This document shows, one piece after another, positions 46,731 through 57,747 of a DNA stretch of 64,000 nucleotides. The notes beneath the pieces are model-generated. The model was not told the DNA's origin, did no database searches, and was given only the letters and a program-made list of their open reading frames with translations. A program made the translations under genes and the position numbers. Source of the DNA: a bacterium (GTDB taxonomy: Bacteria; UBA10199; 2-02-FULL-50-16; JAJFLM01); assembly GCA_965216315.1 (NCBI GenBank), contig CBDCFN010000016.1, positions 1,280,001-1,344,000 on the forward strand. Direction: 5' to 3'. Within the stretch, counting starts at the first letter, position 1. Each line of letters starts with the position of its first letter.

Positions 46731-47186
46731 TTACTCGGCCAGGTTGTACACCTTCGCGTGTTTTTCAACGCCTTTTGAATTCTGCAGGGCCTCCTCAGCG
46801 CTGTCGTATTGCTGACCACTGATATAAAGGCGTACCTTGGCTCCATCTAAATCATACCAATGAATGGCCTCAAAGAGGTTGGCGCTATTGGCAGCCCCAA
46901 GAATGATAGTTCCCGTTTTACTTTGGGCATTCGGACGGATGTTGATGATTTTCTTGCTCATCTTCATTCCTTCGGGTGGCAGGCCCATACCCTTGGCGTG
47001 ACTCACATACTCAGTTGCGCTCAACGTAATGGTTTCATCAAGCGATCCGGGAACAACCGGTCCGCCAAATTTCCAGGACTTGAAGAGACTGACGTCAGAT
47101 CCCGTTCCGGTTCCACGACTGCACTGTACTAAACCAAAACAAGATACGGCTAGAGCCACAACCAATAGATTTTTAAATTTCATCAT
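46731..47186 (-). CDS. Putative lipoprotein
   Basis: Signal peptide with LVQC lipobox-like motif. Confidence 0.65.
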   Translation of the reverse strand: MMKFKNLLVVALAVSCFGLVQCSRGTGTGSDVSLFKSWKFGGPVVPGSLDETITLSATEYVSHAKGMGLPPEGMKMSKKIINIRPNAQSKTGTIILGAANSANLFEAIHWYDLDGAKVRLYISGQQYDSAEEALQNSKGVEKHAKVYNLAE

Positions 47187-47207
47187 TTCTCCTTAAATCA
47201 TTTATAT

Positions 47208-48596
47208 TTACTCGGCGCTTAACATGCCCCGAGGGTTAAGAACTTCCTCAATTTTCTCAGCGGAAAGGTTGCCTTCGGCGACAAGAATTTCACGAACTGT
47301 TTTGTCTTCTTTGTAGGCCTGCTTCGCAATACGAGAGGCATCGTCATAGCCGATCTCCGGCGCAAGTTTGGTGACAAGCGCCAAACTCCCTTCAATCAGT
47401 GCCGCCGCGCGTTTCTCATTCGCTTGAATGCCGTTGATGCATTTAGACACCAAAACTTTACTAATATTAGTGAGCAAATGGATGGATTCCATTAAATTGC
47501 TCGCCATCATCGGCATCATGACGTTGAGTTCAAAGTTGCCATGCTGACCGCCAATCATAATCGCCGTGTCATTACCCATGACCTGGGCGGCCACCTGCAT
47601 CGTCGCTTCAGGAATGACGGGATTGACCTTGCCCGGCATGATCGACGATCCGGGCTGCAGCTCAGGCAAAATGATTTCCCCAATGCCGCAACGCGGACCG
47701 GAACCCAACCAGCGAATGTCGTTCGCAATTTTCATCAGGCTGACCGCAAGTGTTTTTAAGACACCGCTTGTCGACACGACCGCATCCTTGGCGGCCTGAG
47801 CCTCAAAGTGATTGGCCGCCTCACGAAAGGGGATGCCCGTATCTTTCTTGAGATTGGCGCAGACGCGTTCCGCAAATTTGGAATGCGTATTCAGTCCCGT
47901 TCCTACCGCCGTTCCACCAATCGCCAGTTCGGTCAACTCGCTCAAAGCATTTTTAACCCGACCGATTCCGTTTTTAATTTGTTGGGCATAACCGGAAAAT
48001 TCCTGACCTAAAGTAATCGGCGTCGCATCCTGCAAGTGCGTGCGGCCGATCTTGATGACATCCTGAAAGGCCGTCGCTTTTTTGCTCAGAGCAGATTCAA
48101 GTTCATTTAAAGCCGGGATGAGTTGATCTTGGAGCTGACGCGCCGCCGCGATATGAATGGTTGTCGGAATCACATCATTGGACGACTGTCCCATATTGAC
48201 GTGATCGTTGGGATGCACCGGATCCTTGCTGCCGATTTCACCCCCTAATTTGAGGTTGGCCACGTTGGAAATGACTTCATTGGCATTCATATTCGTCGAA
48301 GTCCCGGAGCCGGTCTGGAATATATCCACCGGAAAATGCTGGTCATGCAGGCCTTCTGCCACTTCAGCCGCGGACTCTTGGATGGCGTCGGCTAGCTTGG
48401 CATCGAGTTTTTTCAGCTCGCTGTTGGCCGAGGCCGCAGCTTTTTTAAGGAGTCCGATGGCCTCGATAAACTCGCGCTCAAAAAGTCGGCGGCTGACGGG
48501 AAAGTTTTCCACGGCCCGTTGAGTTGAGGCGCCGTAAATAGAATCTTTAGGGATCGGGACTTCGCCCATGGAATCGCGTTCGATACGAGTAGACAT
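47208..48596 (-). CDS. fumC: Class II fumarate hydratase
   Basis: QTGSGT, GRTHLQDATP and GSSIMPGKVNP motifs. Confidence 0.96.
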   Translation of the reverse strand: MSTRIERDSMGEVPIPKDSIYGASTQRAVENFPVSRRLFEREFIEAIGLLKKAAASANSELKKLDAKLADAIQESAAEVAEGLHDQHFPVDIFQTGSGTSTNMNANEVISNVANLKLGGEIGSKDPVHPNDHVNMGQSSNDVIPTTIHIAAARQLQDQLIPALNELESALSKKATAFQDVIKIGRTHLQDATPITLGQEFSGYAQQIKNGIGRVKNALSELTELAIGGTAVGTGLNTHSKFAERVCANLKKDTGIPFREAANHFEAQAAKDAVVSTSGVLKTLAVSLMKIANDIRWLGSGPRCGIGEIILPELQPGSSIMPGKVNPVIPEATMQVAAQVMGNDTAIMIGGQHGNFELNVMMPMMASNLMESIHLLTNISKVLVSKCINGIQANEKRAAALIEGSLALVTKLAPEIGYDDASRIAKQAYKEDKTVREILVAEGNLSAEKIEEVLNPRGMLSAE

Positions 48597-48760
48597 ATTT
48601 CCTCCTGCTCCGGAGTCATATGTTATTGACGTGAATCCGTAAACCCTTTAAAAAGCCCTGCAGCAAATGTTAATGTGAGCAAGCGTCGGATTGACTCCGC
48701 GCGAGCGAACCAAATAGGGGGTATGGGGGTGTTGGGCGTAGCACACACACCCATTTTCGA

Positions 48761-49321
48761 ATGATTAACGCCACTCAGATAAGACAGGGAATGATCCTTC
48801 AGGTGGACGGTAACCTCTACCGCGTCATGAAGACCCAGCACATCACGCCAGGAAAGGGAAACGCGCTCATGCAGGTCGAAATGCGGGATCTGCGCAGCGG
48901 AACCAAGATAGAAAAACGTTTTCGTCCCAGTGAAGGCGTCGAGCGAGTCTCCATGACGACACGCGAAATGGAGTTTCTCTACGATGATGCCGAAGGGTTT
49001 CATTTTATGGACACCGAGAGCTATGAGCAATTCTTGCTCAGTCGCGAGGCCTTAGGCAATGCGACCTACTATCTCCAGCCTAATACCAAGATCCAGGTTG
49101 ATCTGTATGAAGGGGAAGCGATCGGCATTGAATTACCCAACTCGATGGAATTTACCATTGTCGAAACGGATCCTCCGCTCAAGGGCGCGACGGCGTCGTC
49201 GTCCGCCAAGCCCGCCAAGCTCGACAATGGCTTGACCGTTAAAGTACCGGCCTATCTGAACAGCGGCGACAAAGTCCGCGTCAATCCCCAGACCGACGAG
49301 TTTATCGAGCGGGTTAAGTAA
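48761..49321 (+). CDS. efp: Elongation factor P
   Basis: TPGKG loop and KPAKLDNGLTVKVP. Confidence 0.95.
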   Translation: MINATQIRQGMILQVDGNLYRVMKTQHITPGKGNALMQVEMRDLRSGTKIEKRFRPSEGVERVSMTTREMEFLYDDAEGFHFMDTESYEQFLLSREALGNATYYLQPNTKIQVDLYEGEAIGIELPNSMEFTIVETDPPLKGATASSSAKPAKLDNGLTVKVPAYLNSGDKVRVNPQTDEFIERVK

Positions 49322-49373
49322 TTCATCCCGACCTTGAACAAACGCCTTAGAATCATTACATTATCTGTCGAGT

Positions 49374-50330
49374 ATGAAAGATCACTATAAAACACTCGGC
49401 GTGGCACGGACGGCAAGCTCCGATGAGATCAAAAAAGCCTACCGTGAACTCGCCAAACAATATCATCCCGATCGTCACAAGGGCGACAAAGCCGCCGAAG
49501 AAAAATTCAAAAGCATCTCCGAGGCTTACGATGTCCTCGGCGATGCAAAAAAAAAGCAGCAATATGACCTAGGAGGTCAATGGGGACCGACGGGAGGACC
49601 CGGAGCTCCCGGTGGGGGCTACCAACAATATACCTGGAGTAGTGGAGGCGATGGCCCCGGACTCGGTGATCTTAGCGACATCTTTGAGGACCTCTTCGGG
49701 ATGGGAGGCATTGGTAAACGCCCCGGCGCGAAGCAGGGAAAACGGGCCGGCTTTGAAGGCTGGCCGGGACAGGCGCAGCAGGCCGCCGCCCGCGACCTTT
49801 ATTACACGATGAATATCGATTTTATGGAGGCGGCCAACGGAACCCAAGCCAAGATTTCAGTGACCCGCGATGGCAGGCCGGAAAAAATAAATGTGAAGAT
49901 ACCGGCCGGCGTCCATGACGGGGCCAAGATTCGCCTCGCAGGTAAAGGGGAGGGCGGCATCGTCGGGAATCCCGGTGATCTTTATATTACGTTGAAAATA
50001 AAACCCCACCCTTATTTTCGGCTTGAAGGTGAAGACGTTTATCTGGACCTACCGATTACGGTATCCGAGGCTATTCTTGGTACCGAGCTCAAAGTACCGA
50101 CGATCAAAGGTCCGGTCACTTTAAAAATCCCCCCCGGCACGTCGAGCGGAAGTAAGCTGCGACTCAAAGGTCGTGGCGTACCGCGTCAAAAGAAACGCAA
50201 CCGTGGTGACCAATATGTGGTCCCACGCATTGTTCTTCCGCCGAAAATAGGCGAAAATGATAAGCAACTTGCAAAAGGCCTGGCCGAGAAGTCCTCATAC
50301 GACCCTAGGGCTGGGATGTTTACTGAGTGA
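49374..50330 (+). CDS. Class II DnaJ-family chaperone (CbpA-like, no zinc finger)
   Basis: HPD J-domain, G/F-rich region, DnaJ C-terminal domain. Confidence 0.92.
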   Translation: MKDHYKTLGVARTASSDEIKKAYRELAKQYHPDRHKGDKAAEEKFKSISEAYDVLGDAKKKQQYDLGGQWGPTGGPGAPGGGYQQYTWSSGGDGPGLGDLSDIFEDLFGMGGIGKRPGAKQGKRAGFEGWPGQAQQAAARDLYYTMNIDFMEAANGTQAKISVTRDGRPEKINVKIPAGVHDGAKIRLAGKGEGGIVGNPGDLYITLKIKPHPYFRLEGEDVYLDLPITVSEAILGTELKVPTIKGPVTLKIPPGTSSGSKLRLKGRGVPRQKKRNRGDQYVVPRIVLPPKIGENDKQLAKGLAEKSSYDPRAGMFTE

Positions 50331-50340
50331 GGGAGAAAAA

Positions 50341-51264
50341 ATGTTGGTTATTGTTCGTAAATTTTCATTATTTATCATAGGAGTACTACTCCTTAGCTCA
50401 TGCAGTATTTCAAAGATGGCCTCGGATATTACCGCCGGCATCATGGTAGGCGGAGCTCCGATCGTGGAACAAGAATCCGATCCAGCCGTCGCGGAAGAGG
50501 CCGGCTTGGCCCTCCTCAAGACACTGGAAGTCTTTTCCTATCACAATCCGAGCAACGAAAAATATAAGACACTGCTCGCCAAGAATTACGCAACCTATGC
50601 CTTCGGTTTTCTCGAAAACAAGCTCTACAAATATGAAGACGTCAATCCGGAGCGTTACCAATCAACACTCGCACGAGCGAAGCTTTTTTATACCCGCGGC
50701 AAGAACTATGGGATGGATGTCCTCAAGAAGAGAGGGTCATTCGCCCGTGCCCTCAGCGAAGATCAAGAAAAGTTTGCCAAGGCCGTGCGCGGCTTTGGCG
50801 GCGGCAAAATGCCGGCCCTGTTCTGGACAGCCTTCGCCTGGGGTGGGCTCATCAACTGGAGCAAGGATGACCCGACAGCGATCGTATCACTCGGCAAGGT
50901 CGAGCTCATGATGGCTCGTGCGGCCGCCCTCAACAATACCTTCTATTATGGAGGCCCCCATCTCTTTTACGGCGTGTATTACGGGAGTCGACCGGAGATG
51001 CTAGGAGGCAACAAAGCCAAGTCACAAGAGCATTTTGAGAAGGCCCTCAAGATCACCCATGGACGTTTCTTCTTCACCAAGGTCCTCTATGCTCAGTTCT
51101 ATGCCGTTCAGGCGCAGGATCGAGGGCTTTTCGACCGTCTCTTACAGGAAGTCATCTCGGGCGACCCCAATGTCCTGCCTGAACAGCGATTAGGCAATAT
51201 TTTGGCCCAGGAACGGGCTCAGACTTTACTTGCGAAGGGAAATAGTTTATTTGCAGGGCAATAA
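50341..51264 (+). CDS. TRAP-T transporter TatT lipoprotein
   Basis: LLSSC lipobox, helical protein with GG...AKSQEHFEKAL, immediately upstream of dctPQM. Confidence 0.8.
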   Translation: MLVIVRKFSLFIIGVLLLSSCSISKMASDITAGIMVGGAPIVEQESDPAVAEEAGLALLKTLEVFSYHNPSNEKYKTLLAKNYATYAFGFLENKLYKYEDVNPERYQSTLARAKLFYTRGKNYGMDVLKKRGSFARALSEDQEKFAKAVRGFGGGKMPALFWTAFAWGGLINWSKDDPTAIVSLGKVELMMARAAALNNTFYYGGPHLFYGVYYGSRPEMLGGNKAKSQEHFEKALKITHGRFFFTKVLYAQFYAVQAQDRGLFDRLLQEVISGDPNVLPEQRLGNILAQERAQTLLAKGNSLFAGQ

Positions 51265-51341
51265 TTAGGCTTTGGGTTATTTGCGTGCGTCCCGGTGTGG
51301 GGTGCATGAGCTTGATCATATAAGTTTCAGGGAGGGTACTC

Positions 51342-52325
51342 ATGTCTACGCGTCGTCTTATTTCCGCATTCTTATTTCTATTCACCTTTGTTTTTACGAC
51401 CTCCGTCGCGCAAGCGGTTGAGCTCAAATGTGCGTCATTGGCACCACAGGGTTCCACCTATGCCAACATGTTCACGGAGTTTAAAAAAGCCATTGAGTCC
51501 GCTACGGGAGGGAAGGTCAAGATTGCCCTCTATAATGGCGGGGTCATGGGCGATGAACGTGACATGTACAAGAAACTTCAGATCGGCCAATTAGATTGTG
51601 CGGGCTTCACGGGAATGGGCCTGGGCTTTATCGATCCGGCGGTCCGCGTGATGGAGCTTCCTTTCTTATTTACCAACTACGGTCAAGTCGATCGTGCTTT
51701 CGGCGCTGTCGGTCCTCAACTGAAACAGCGACTCGCTGGTAAAGGATTTGAATTAATCGGCTGGGCGCATCCCGGTTTCGTCAAGATGTACTCCAAGGCC
51801 AAAATTTCCAGTCAAAAAGACATGAATGGAAAGAAGGTCTGGATCTGGTCTGGTGATCGCATTGCCGAAGGAATGACGAAAAGCCTGGGGCTTAACGGCG
51901 TTCCGCTGGGCCTGCCGGACGTCCTCACCTCGCTCCAAACCGGCATGATTGATACCGTTTATGCCCCTGAATTGGCGGCCATAGCCCTTCAATGGTATAC
52001 GAAAACCAAGTTCATCACCGACCTCAATCTCTCGCACTCCATGGGCGGCCTCGTAATTACGAAAAAGGGAATGAACAAAATACCCGCGGGCTTGCAGCAA
52101 GTGGTGCGCAGTAAGGGCGCGCAGATCATGCAGCGCCTGACGCAGGCCACACGCAGTGAAAATAGCAAGTCACTGCAAGCGATGCTCTCATCGGGCCTTA
52201 AAAAAGTTCCGGTCAATCCGGCAGATCTGCAAACGTTACAGCAGTCGGGTGACAAAGTGGCAGCTCAGTTGTCAGGGAGCATGTATCCCGCGGCTTTGCT
52301 CGCTAAGGTTAAGGCTGCTCGCTAG
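51342..52325 (+). CDS. dctP: TRAP substrate-binding protein (TatP/DctP)
   Basis: ASLAPQGS, GGVMGDE and LQTGMID motifs. Confidence 0.9.
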   Translation: MSTRRLISAFLFLFTFVFTTSVAQAVELKCASLAPQGSTYANMFTEFKKAIESATGGKVKIALYNGGVMGDERDMYKKLQIGQLDCAGFTGMGLGFIDPAVRVMELPFLFTNYGQVDRAFGAVGPQLKQRLAGKGFELIGWAHPGFVKMYSKAKISSQKDMNGKKVWIWSGDRIAEGMTKSLGLNGVPLGLPDVLTSLQTGMIDTVYAPELAAIALQWYTKTKFITDLNLSHSMGGLVITKKGMNKIPAGLQQVVRSKGAQIMQRLTQATRSENSKSLQAMLSSGLKKVPVNPADLQTLQQSGDKVAAQLSGSMYPAALLAKVKAAR

Positions 52326-52337
52326 TTACCGAAACTC

Positions 52338-52859
52338 GTGCGATTTCTTACGGCCCTCAGTAACGGCTTAGCCCGCATTGAGGCGGTTGCCCTGGCAATC
52401 TGTCTCATCGTGATGCTGGGCGTTGCCTTCTTTCAGGTAGTCATGCGTAACGTCTATGGCCTCGGCTATGTTTGGGCCGACATCCTCGTGCGCATTCTTG
52501 TCCTTTGGGTCGGGCTTCTCGGGGCCACCGTTGCCACGCATGAAGGTCGCCATCTCACGATTGAAGTCGTCACGAAGTTTCTTCCTCCTCAAGCCACTCG
52601 TTATCTGCGGGTTTTTGTCAACTGTTTCGCCTTAACGGTCTGTCTATTTCTAACTCAAGCTGCGCTTAAGTATTTAGACTTGCAACAAATGACCGCCACG
52701 GGTCCCGGTCTGCTCGGCATGCCTGAATGGTCGACTGAAGTGATCGTTCCTGTTGCCTTTACCTTGATCTCGTTCCATTTCTTTGTCCTGATTATCTTGG
52801 GCATTGCCGATATCATCAAGCGGACGGATATGGCCGCACCACACCAGGAAGGCCTATGA
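52338..52859 (+). CDS. dctQ: TRAP small permease
   Basis: 4 TM segments, QVVMRN and HLTIE motifs. Confidence 0.88.
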   Translation: MRFLTALSNGLARIEAVALAICLIVMLGVAFFQVVMRNVYGLGYVWADILVRILVLWVGLLGATVATHEGRHLTIEVVTKFLPPQATRYLRVFVNCFALTVCLFLTQAALKYLDLQQMTATGPGLLGMPEWSTEVIVPVAFTLISFHFFVLIILGIADIIKRTDMAAPHQEGL

Positions 52860-54130
52860 CTGCATTGATTCTGCTTGCAGTCCTGGCCATGGCGTTTATC
52901 GGCGCTCCTTTGTTCACCATCTTTGGTGGCTCGGCGCTGATCCTGTTTGGGAAAGAGGGTGTCGACTCAATGGCGATCATCATCGAGATGACGCGATTGG
53001 TATCCGCACCGGCACTGGTCGCTATTCCCCTCTTTACCTTCGCCGGGTATATGATGGCGGAAAGTAAGGCCCCTGAACGCATGGTTCATCTGAATCAAGC
53101 GCTGTTTGGCTGGTTACCCGGAGGACTGGCGATCGTCGCGCTTATCGCCTGTTCCTTTTTTACAGCGTTTACCGGAGCGTCGGGAGTGACGATTATTGCC
53201 CTGGGCGGCTTGCTCTATCCTATCCTGAAGAAGCGCGGCTTTCCCGAAAAATTTTCCTTAGGCCTGGTCACAACAGGCGGTAGCTTAGGGCTCCTCTTTC
53301 CGCCGAGTTTGCCGCTGATTCTCTACGGCCTCATTGCCAAGGTTGAAATCGATAAACTTTTTGTCGCCGGACTGATCCCCGGATTGGTGCTGCTGGTCCT
53401 GCTTAGTATCTACAGTATCTGGACGGGAAAACATAGCGTCAAGCGGGACACGTTCAGTCTACGTAAGGTATTTAGCGCCTTAAAAGAAGCGGCTTGGGAA
53501 ATACCGCTACCATTCATCATTCTTATCGGAATTTATGGGGGCTACTTTACGGCGAGTGAAGCGGCGGCGGTGACCGCAGTCTATGTCCTCATCGTAGAAG
53601 TCTTCATCTATCGCGACCTAAAACTTTTTGGCGACATTCCGCGCATCATCAAGGAAAGCATGGTCTTGGTCGGTGGAATCGTCATCATCCTGGCCGTGGC
53701 GCTCGGTTTTACCAGTTATCTGATCGAAGCGCGCGTCCCGGACCTGATCTTTGGCTGGATCCAGCAGTATATCAAAAGCCAGTGGATGTTCCTCATCGCG
53801 CTGAATATCTTCCTCTTGATAGTCGGGTGCTTGATGGACATCTTTTCGGCCATTGTCGTCGTCGTCCCCATTATCGTCCCGATTGCGATGAAATTTGGGG
53901 TTAATCCGATCCATTTAGGCATCATATTCCTCACCAATTTAGAGATTGGCTATATGACCCCACCCGTGGGGCTCAATCTCTTCATCTCCAGCTACCGCTT
54001 CAACAAGCCCATTTTCCAGATTTACCGCGTTGCGGTTCCTTTCTTGATTATCTTGCTTATTGGGCTATTGTTGATTACGTATCTGCCTCAGCTAAGCCTC
54101 TACTTGCTAGAGTTTGCTAATTTTAAATAA
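52856..54130 (+). CDS. dctM: TRAP large permease
   Basis: AIPLF, GLLFPPS and TPPVGLNL motifs. Confidence 0.92.
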   Translation: MTALILLAVLAMAFIGAPLFTIFGGSALILFGKEGVDSMAIIIEMTRLVSAPALVAIPLFTFAGYMMAESKAPERMVHLNQALFGWLPGGLAIVALIACSFFTAFTGASGVTIIALGGLLYPILKKRGFPEKFSLGLVTTGGSLGLLFPPSLPLILYGLIAKVEIDKLFVAGLIPGLVLLVLLSIYSIWTGKHSVKRDTFSLRKVFSALKEAAWEIPLPFIILIGIYGGYFTASEAAAVTAVYVLIVEVFIYRDLKLFGDIPRIIKESMVLVGGIVIILAVALGFTSYLIEARVPDLIFGWIQQYIKSQWMFLIALNIFLLIVGCLMDIFSAIVVVVPIIVPIAMKFGVNPIHLGIIFLTNLEIGYMTPPVGLNLFISSYRFNKPIFQIYRVAVPFLIILLIGLLLITYLPQLSLYLLEFANFK

Positions 54131-54154
54131 AACCGCTTTGTAGGAGTCATTATT

Positions 54155-55330
54155 ATGGAAACCGTTATCGTCAGCGCCGTCCGGACGCCGGTCGGCTCTT
54201 TTCAAGGGTCACTTGCCAGCCTCACGGCACCGCAGCTAGGGGCCATCGTCATCAAAGAAGCCATTAAGCGCGCCGGTCTCGACAAAGATCAGATCGATGA
54301 AGTCGTGATGGGCAACGTCCTCACGGCCGGTGTCGGTCAAAACCCTGCGCGTCAAGCCACCATCCTAGCCGGGCTGGCGGAAAAAACCGGCGCCATGACG
54401 ATTAATAAAGTTTGCGGCTCCGGACTCAAGGCAGTCATGCTGGCGGATCAACTCATCAGGACAGGAGACGCGGAGATCGTTGTCGCCGGCGGCCAAGAAA
54501 GCATGAGCCAGGCTCCCTATATCCTCCAAAAAGCACGAACCGGTTACCGGATGGGTGACGGGAAAATCGTCGATGCCATGATCTATGACGGCCTCCTCAA
54601 TGCCTATGACGGACGACACATGGGAAATCTCACCGAACTTTGCGCCAAAGAATATAACCTGACCCGTGAGATGCAGGACGAGTTTGCCGCCGAAAGTTAT
54701 CGGCGAGCGCAGGCCGCGGTCAAGGATGGCAAGTTTAAAGACGAAATTGTTCCGGTTGAAGTCCCGCAGCGCAAAGGAGATCCTATCGTGGTCGATACGG
54801 ATGAGGAACCGGGGCGCGGCAAAATCGAAAAACTTCCCAGCCTGAGAACGGCTTTTGAAAAAGAGGGAACGGTCACAGCAGGCAATGCCTCGTCGTTAAA
54901 TGACGGGGCCGCGGCAGTGGTCGTCATGAGTGCGGATAAAGCCAAAGAGTTGGGGTTAAAGCCGATTGCAACGATCAAGGGTCATGCCGGTGCTTCGGTG
55001 CAACCCGAATGGTTTACGATTGCGCCATCCGAGGCCGTCAAAAAGGTTTGGCAGCGTCTTGGCATCACTAAAGACGATATTGACCTGATCGAGCTCAACG
55101 AGGCCTTTGCCGCCGTGAGCCTCGCCAATAATCAGATCTTGGGCTTGAGCACCGACAACGTCAATGTCCGCGGCGGAGCCGTCGCCATTGGGCATCCGAT
55201 TGGGGCAAGTGGGGCCCGTATTCTGGTCACGCTCTTGTATGCACTCCAACAGGAAGATAAAAAGACCGGGCTCGCCAGCCTCTGCATTGGTGGCGGTGAA
55301 GGTGTCGCTATGGTCGTCGAACGAAGTTAA
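54155..55330 (+). CDS. Acetyl-CoA C-acetyltransferase (thiolase)
   Basis: [19 protein letters not shown] and CIGGG motifs. Confidence 0.95.
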   Translation: METVIVSAVRTPVGSFQGSLASLTAPQLGAIVIKEAIKRAGLDKDQIDEVVMGNVLTAGVGQNPARQATILAGLAEKTGAMTINKVCGSGLKAVMLADQLIRTGDAEIVVAGGQESMSQAPYILQKARTGYRMGDGKIVDAMIYDGLLNAYDGRHMGNLTELCAKEYNLTREMQDEFAAESYRRAQAAVKDGKFKDEIVPVEVPQRKGDPIVVDTDEEPGRGKIEKLPSLRTAFEKEGTVTAGNASSLNDGAAAVVVMSADKAKELGLKPIATIKGHAGASVQPEWFTIAPSEAVKKVWQRLGITKDDIDLIELNEAFAAVSLANNQILGLSTDNVNVRGGAVAIGHPIGASGARILVTLLYALQQEDKKTGLASLCIGGGEGVAMVVERS

Positions 55331-55334
55331 TTAA

Positions 55335-55371
55335 ATCCCCCCTAACCCCCCTTTACAAAAGGGGGGAGGGA
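55335..55371. repeat. REP-like hairpin (CCCCCC-TTTACAAAA-GGGGGG)
   Basis: Same style as 44973-45054. Confidence 0.55.
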
Positions 55372-55389
55372 CATTTTTACGGAGGAAAT

Positions 55390-56169
55390 ATGGGTGAGTT
55401 TGTACAGATTGAAGCAAGTGATGGAACCGCGGTTGTCACCATAACCCGCGAGAAGGCACTCAACGCACTGAATGCCGGCGTACTCCAAGAACTGAAAAGC
55501 GCTTTTCAGGAACTGGATCGCGATACCAAGATCCGCTCCGTGATCATTACGGGCGCGGGCGATAAGGCCTTTGTCGCCGGTGCCGATATCGCGGCCATGC
55601 GCGAGATGAGTCCCGAAGAAGCCGGTCAGTTTGCCGCCAACGGCCACAGTACGATGGACACGATTGCGGCCTGCAGCAAGCCCGTCATTGCCGCCGTTAA
55701 CGGTTTTGCCCTCGGCGGGGGCCTCGAATTAGCTTTAAGTTGTGACTTTATCTACGCCTCGGAGAAAGCCAAATTAGGCCTTCCCGAGGTCGGCCTGGGC
55801 CTCTATCCGGGCTTCGGCGGCACACAACGTCTCGCCCGTGCCATCGGACCGGCCAAGGCCAAAGAATTGATCTTTTCCGCGCGCATGATTTCCGCGCAGC
55901 AAGGGGCAGATTGGGGCATTGTTAATAAAATCTGTTCCCCGGAGACGCTACTGGACGAGGCCAAGAAATGTGCGGCGGAGATCAACTCAAAAGGTCCGGT
56001 CGCCGTCTCCCTCTCCAAAAAGGTCATCAACGAGGGCAAAGACGAACCGATTAAGGCCGGTCTCGGTATTGAGTTAAAGCACTTCGGCGACTGCTTTAAA
56101 ACGGAAGACCTTAAAGAGGGTCTGGCTGCCTTTCTGGAAAAGAGAAAGGCTGAGTTTCAAGGAAAATAA
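55390..56169 (+). CDS. Enoyl-CoA hydratase (crotonase)
   Basis: AFVAGADI, GGGLELAL and PGFGGTQRL motifs. Confidence 0.93.
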   Translation: MGEFVQIEASDGTAVVTITREKALNALNAGVLQELKSAFQELDRDTKIRSVIITGAGDKAFVAGADIAAMREMSPEEAGQFAANGHSTMDTIAACSKPVIAAVNGFALGGGLELALSCDFIYASEKAKLGLPEVGLGLYPGFGGTQRLARAIGPAKAKELIFSARMISAQQGADWGIVNKICSPETLLDEAKKCAAEINSKGPVAVSLSKKVINEGKDEPIKAGLGIELKHFGDCFKTEDLKEGLAAFLEKRKAEFQGK

Positions 56170-56171
56170 TC

Positions 56172-57335
56172 ATGGAATTTAAGCTTACAGATGAACAGAA
56201 GATGATTCAGGAAATGGCCCGCGACTTCGCACAAAAAGAAGTCGCGCCCAAGGCCCATGAACTGGATATGAACAGCGAATTTCCCGCCGAACATATCAAG
56301 AAAATGGCCGAGCTCGGACTCATGGGGATGATGGTTCCAACCGACTATGACGGTTCGGGCCTGGATACCGTCACTTATACCTTGGCGCTCGAAGAAATCA
56401 GCGCCGCCTGTGCCTCCACCGGTGTCACGATGTCGGTTAACAATTCCCTCTACTGCGGACCCATCACCAAATTTGGAAATGAGGAACAAAAGAAAAAATA
56501 CTTAAGTCCCTATGCACGCGGCGAACAACTCGGCGCCTATGCTTTATCCGAACCCGGAACCGGCTCGGATGCCGCGAATCAGCAGACGACGGCGGTCTTA
56601 AAGGACGATAAATATATTCTTAATGGTCGTAAAAACTTCATTACTAATGGACCTCATGCGGATGCACTGCTTATTTATGCCATGACCGACAAGAATAAGC
56701 GTCACAAAGGTATCTCGTGCTTTATCGTCGAAAAAGAGGCTCCGGGTTTTTCCATCGGCAAGATTGAAAAGAAACTGGGGATCTGTGCCTCCTCGACCTC
56801 GGAAATCGTCCTTGAAGACTGCGAAGTGCCTAAGGAAAATATCCTCGGAGAAGAAGGCTTAGGATTTACGATCGCGATGTCGACTTTAGATAGTGGGCGT
56901 ATCGGCATCGGCACCCAGGCCGTAGGCATTGCACGCGCCGCCTTTGAGGCCGCTCGCAAGTATTCTACCGAGCGCGAGGCCTTTGGTAAGCCGATATGTA
57001 ACTTTCAATCGCTCCAGCATTTTTTGGCGGACATGGCGACACGTATTGATGCCGCCCGCTTACTCGTCCACCGCGCCTCTTGGTTACGGGATAATAATCA
57101 CAACTTTGGGAAACAGGCCGCCATGGCCAAGCTTTTTGCCTCGGAAACGGCCAATTGGGTCACCGACAAGGCCGTGCAAATGCATGGAGGTTATGGTTAC
57201 ATCAAGGAATACGACGTGGAACGTTATTATCGCGACGCGAAGATTACCGAGATCTACGAGGGCACCTCGGAGATTCAACGACTCGTTATTTCGCGGGCGG
57301 TATTGAAGGAAATCGGATTCACTAAATTTTCGTAG
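56172..57335 (+). CDS. Short/branched-chain acyl-CoA dehydrogenase
   Basis: [18 protein letters not shown] and IYEGTSEIQ motifs. Confidence 0.95.
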   Translation: MEFKLTDEQKMIQEMARDFAQKEVAPKAHELDMNSEFPAEHIKKMAELGLMGMMVPTDYDGSGLDTVTYTLALEEISAACASTGVTMSVNNSLYCGPITKFGNEEQKKKYLSPYARGEQLGAYALSEPGTGSDAANQQTTAVLKDDKYILNGRKNFITNGPHADALLIYAMTDKNKRHKGISCFIVEKEAPGFSIGKIEKKLGICASSTSEIVLEDCEVPKENILGEEGLGFTIAMSTLDSGRIGIGTQAVGIARAAFEAARKYSTEREAFGKPICNFQSLQHFLADMATRIDAARLLVHRASWLRDNNHNFGKQAAMAKLFASETANWVTDKAVQMHGGYGYIKEYDVERYYRDAKITEIYEGTSEIQRLVISRAVLKEIGFTKFS

Positions 57336-57339
57336 GCCA

Positions 57340-57747
57340 ATGGAACAGAAATTACGCATACTTGTCGCTAAACCCGGACTCGACGGCCATGATCGCGGGG
57401 CCAAGATCATCGCCCGCGTCTTGCGCGATGCGGGCCATGAGATCATTTACACCGGCCTCCATCAGACCCCGGAAATGATCGCGACCGCGGCGCTTCAAGA
57501 AGACGTCGATGTCGTCTGCATCTCGATCCTTTCCGGGGCGCACAACTTCCTCTTTCCTGAGGTCATTAAACTGCTTAAGGAAAAGGGCTTAGACGATGTG
57601 ACCGTTATCGGCGGCGGCGTCATCCCGGACGAGGATGTTGTCAGTCTCAAAGAGCAGGGCGTCGCTGAGATCTTTACCCCCGGTACGGATACCCGTGACG
57701 TCGTCTCCTGGATCGCTGAGCACGTCAAACCACGAAAAATTGCCTAA
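57340..57747 (+). CDS. Cobalamin-binding subunit of an acyl-CoA mutase (MCM/ICM small subunit)
   Basis: GLDGHDRG B12-binding motif. Confidence 0.92.
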   Translation: MEQKLRILVAKPGLDGHDRGAKIIARVLRDAGHEIIYTGLHQTPEMIATAALQEDVDVVCISILSGAHNFLFPEVIKLLKEKGLDDVTVIGGGVIPDEDVVSLKEQGVAEIFTPGTDTRDVVSWIAEHVKPRKIA

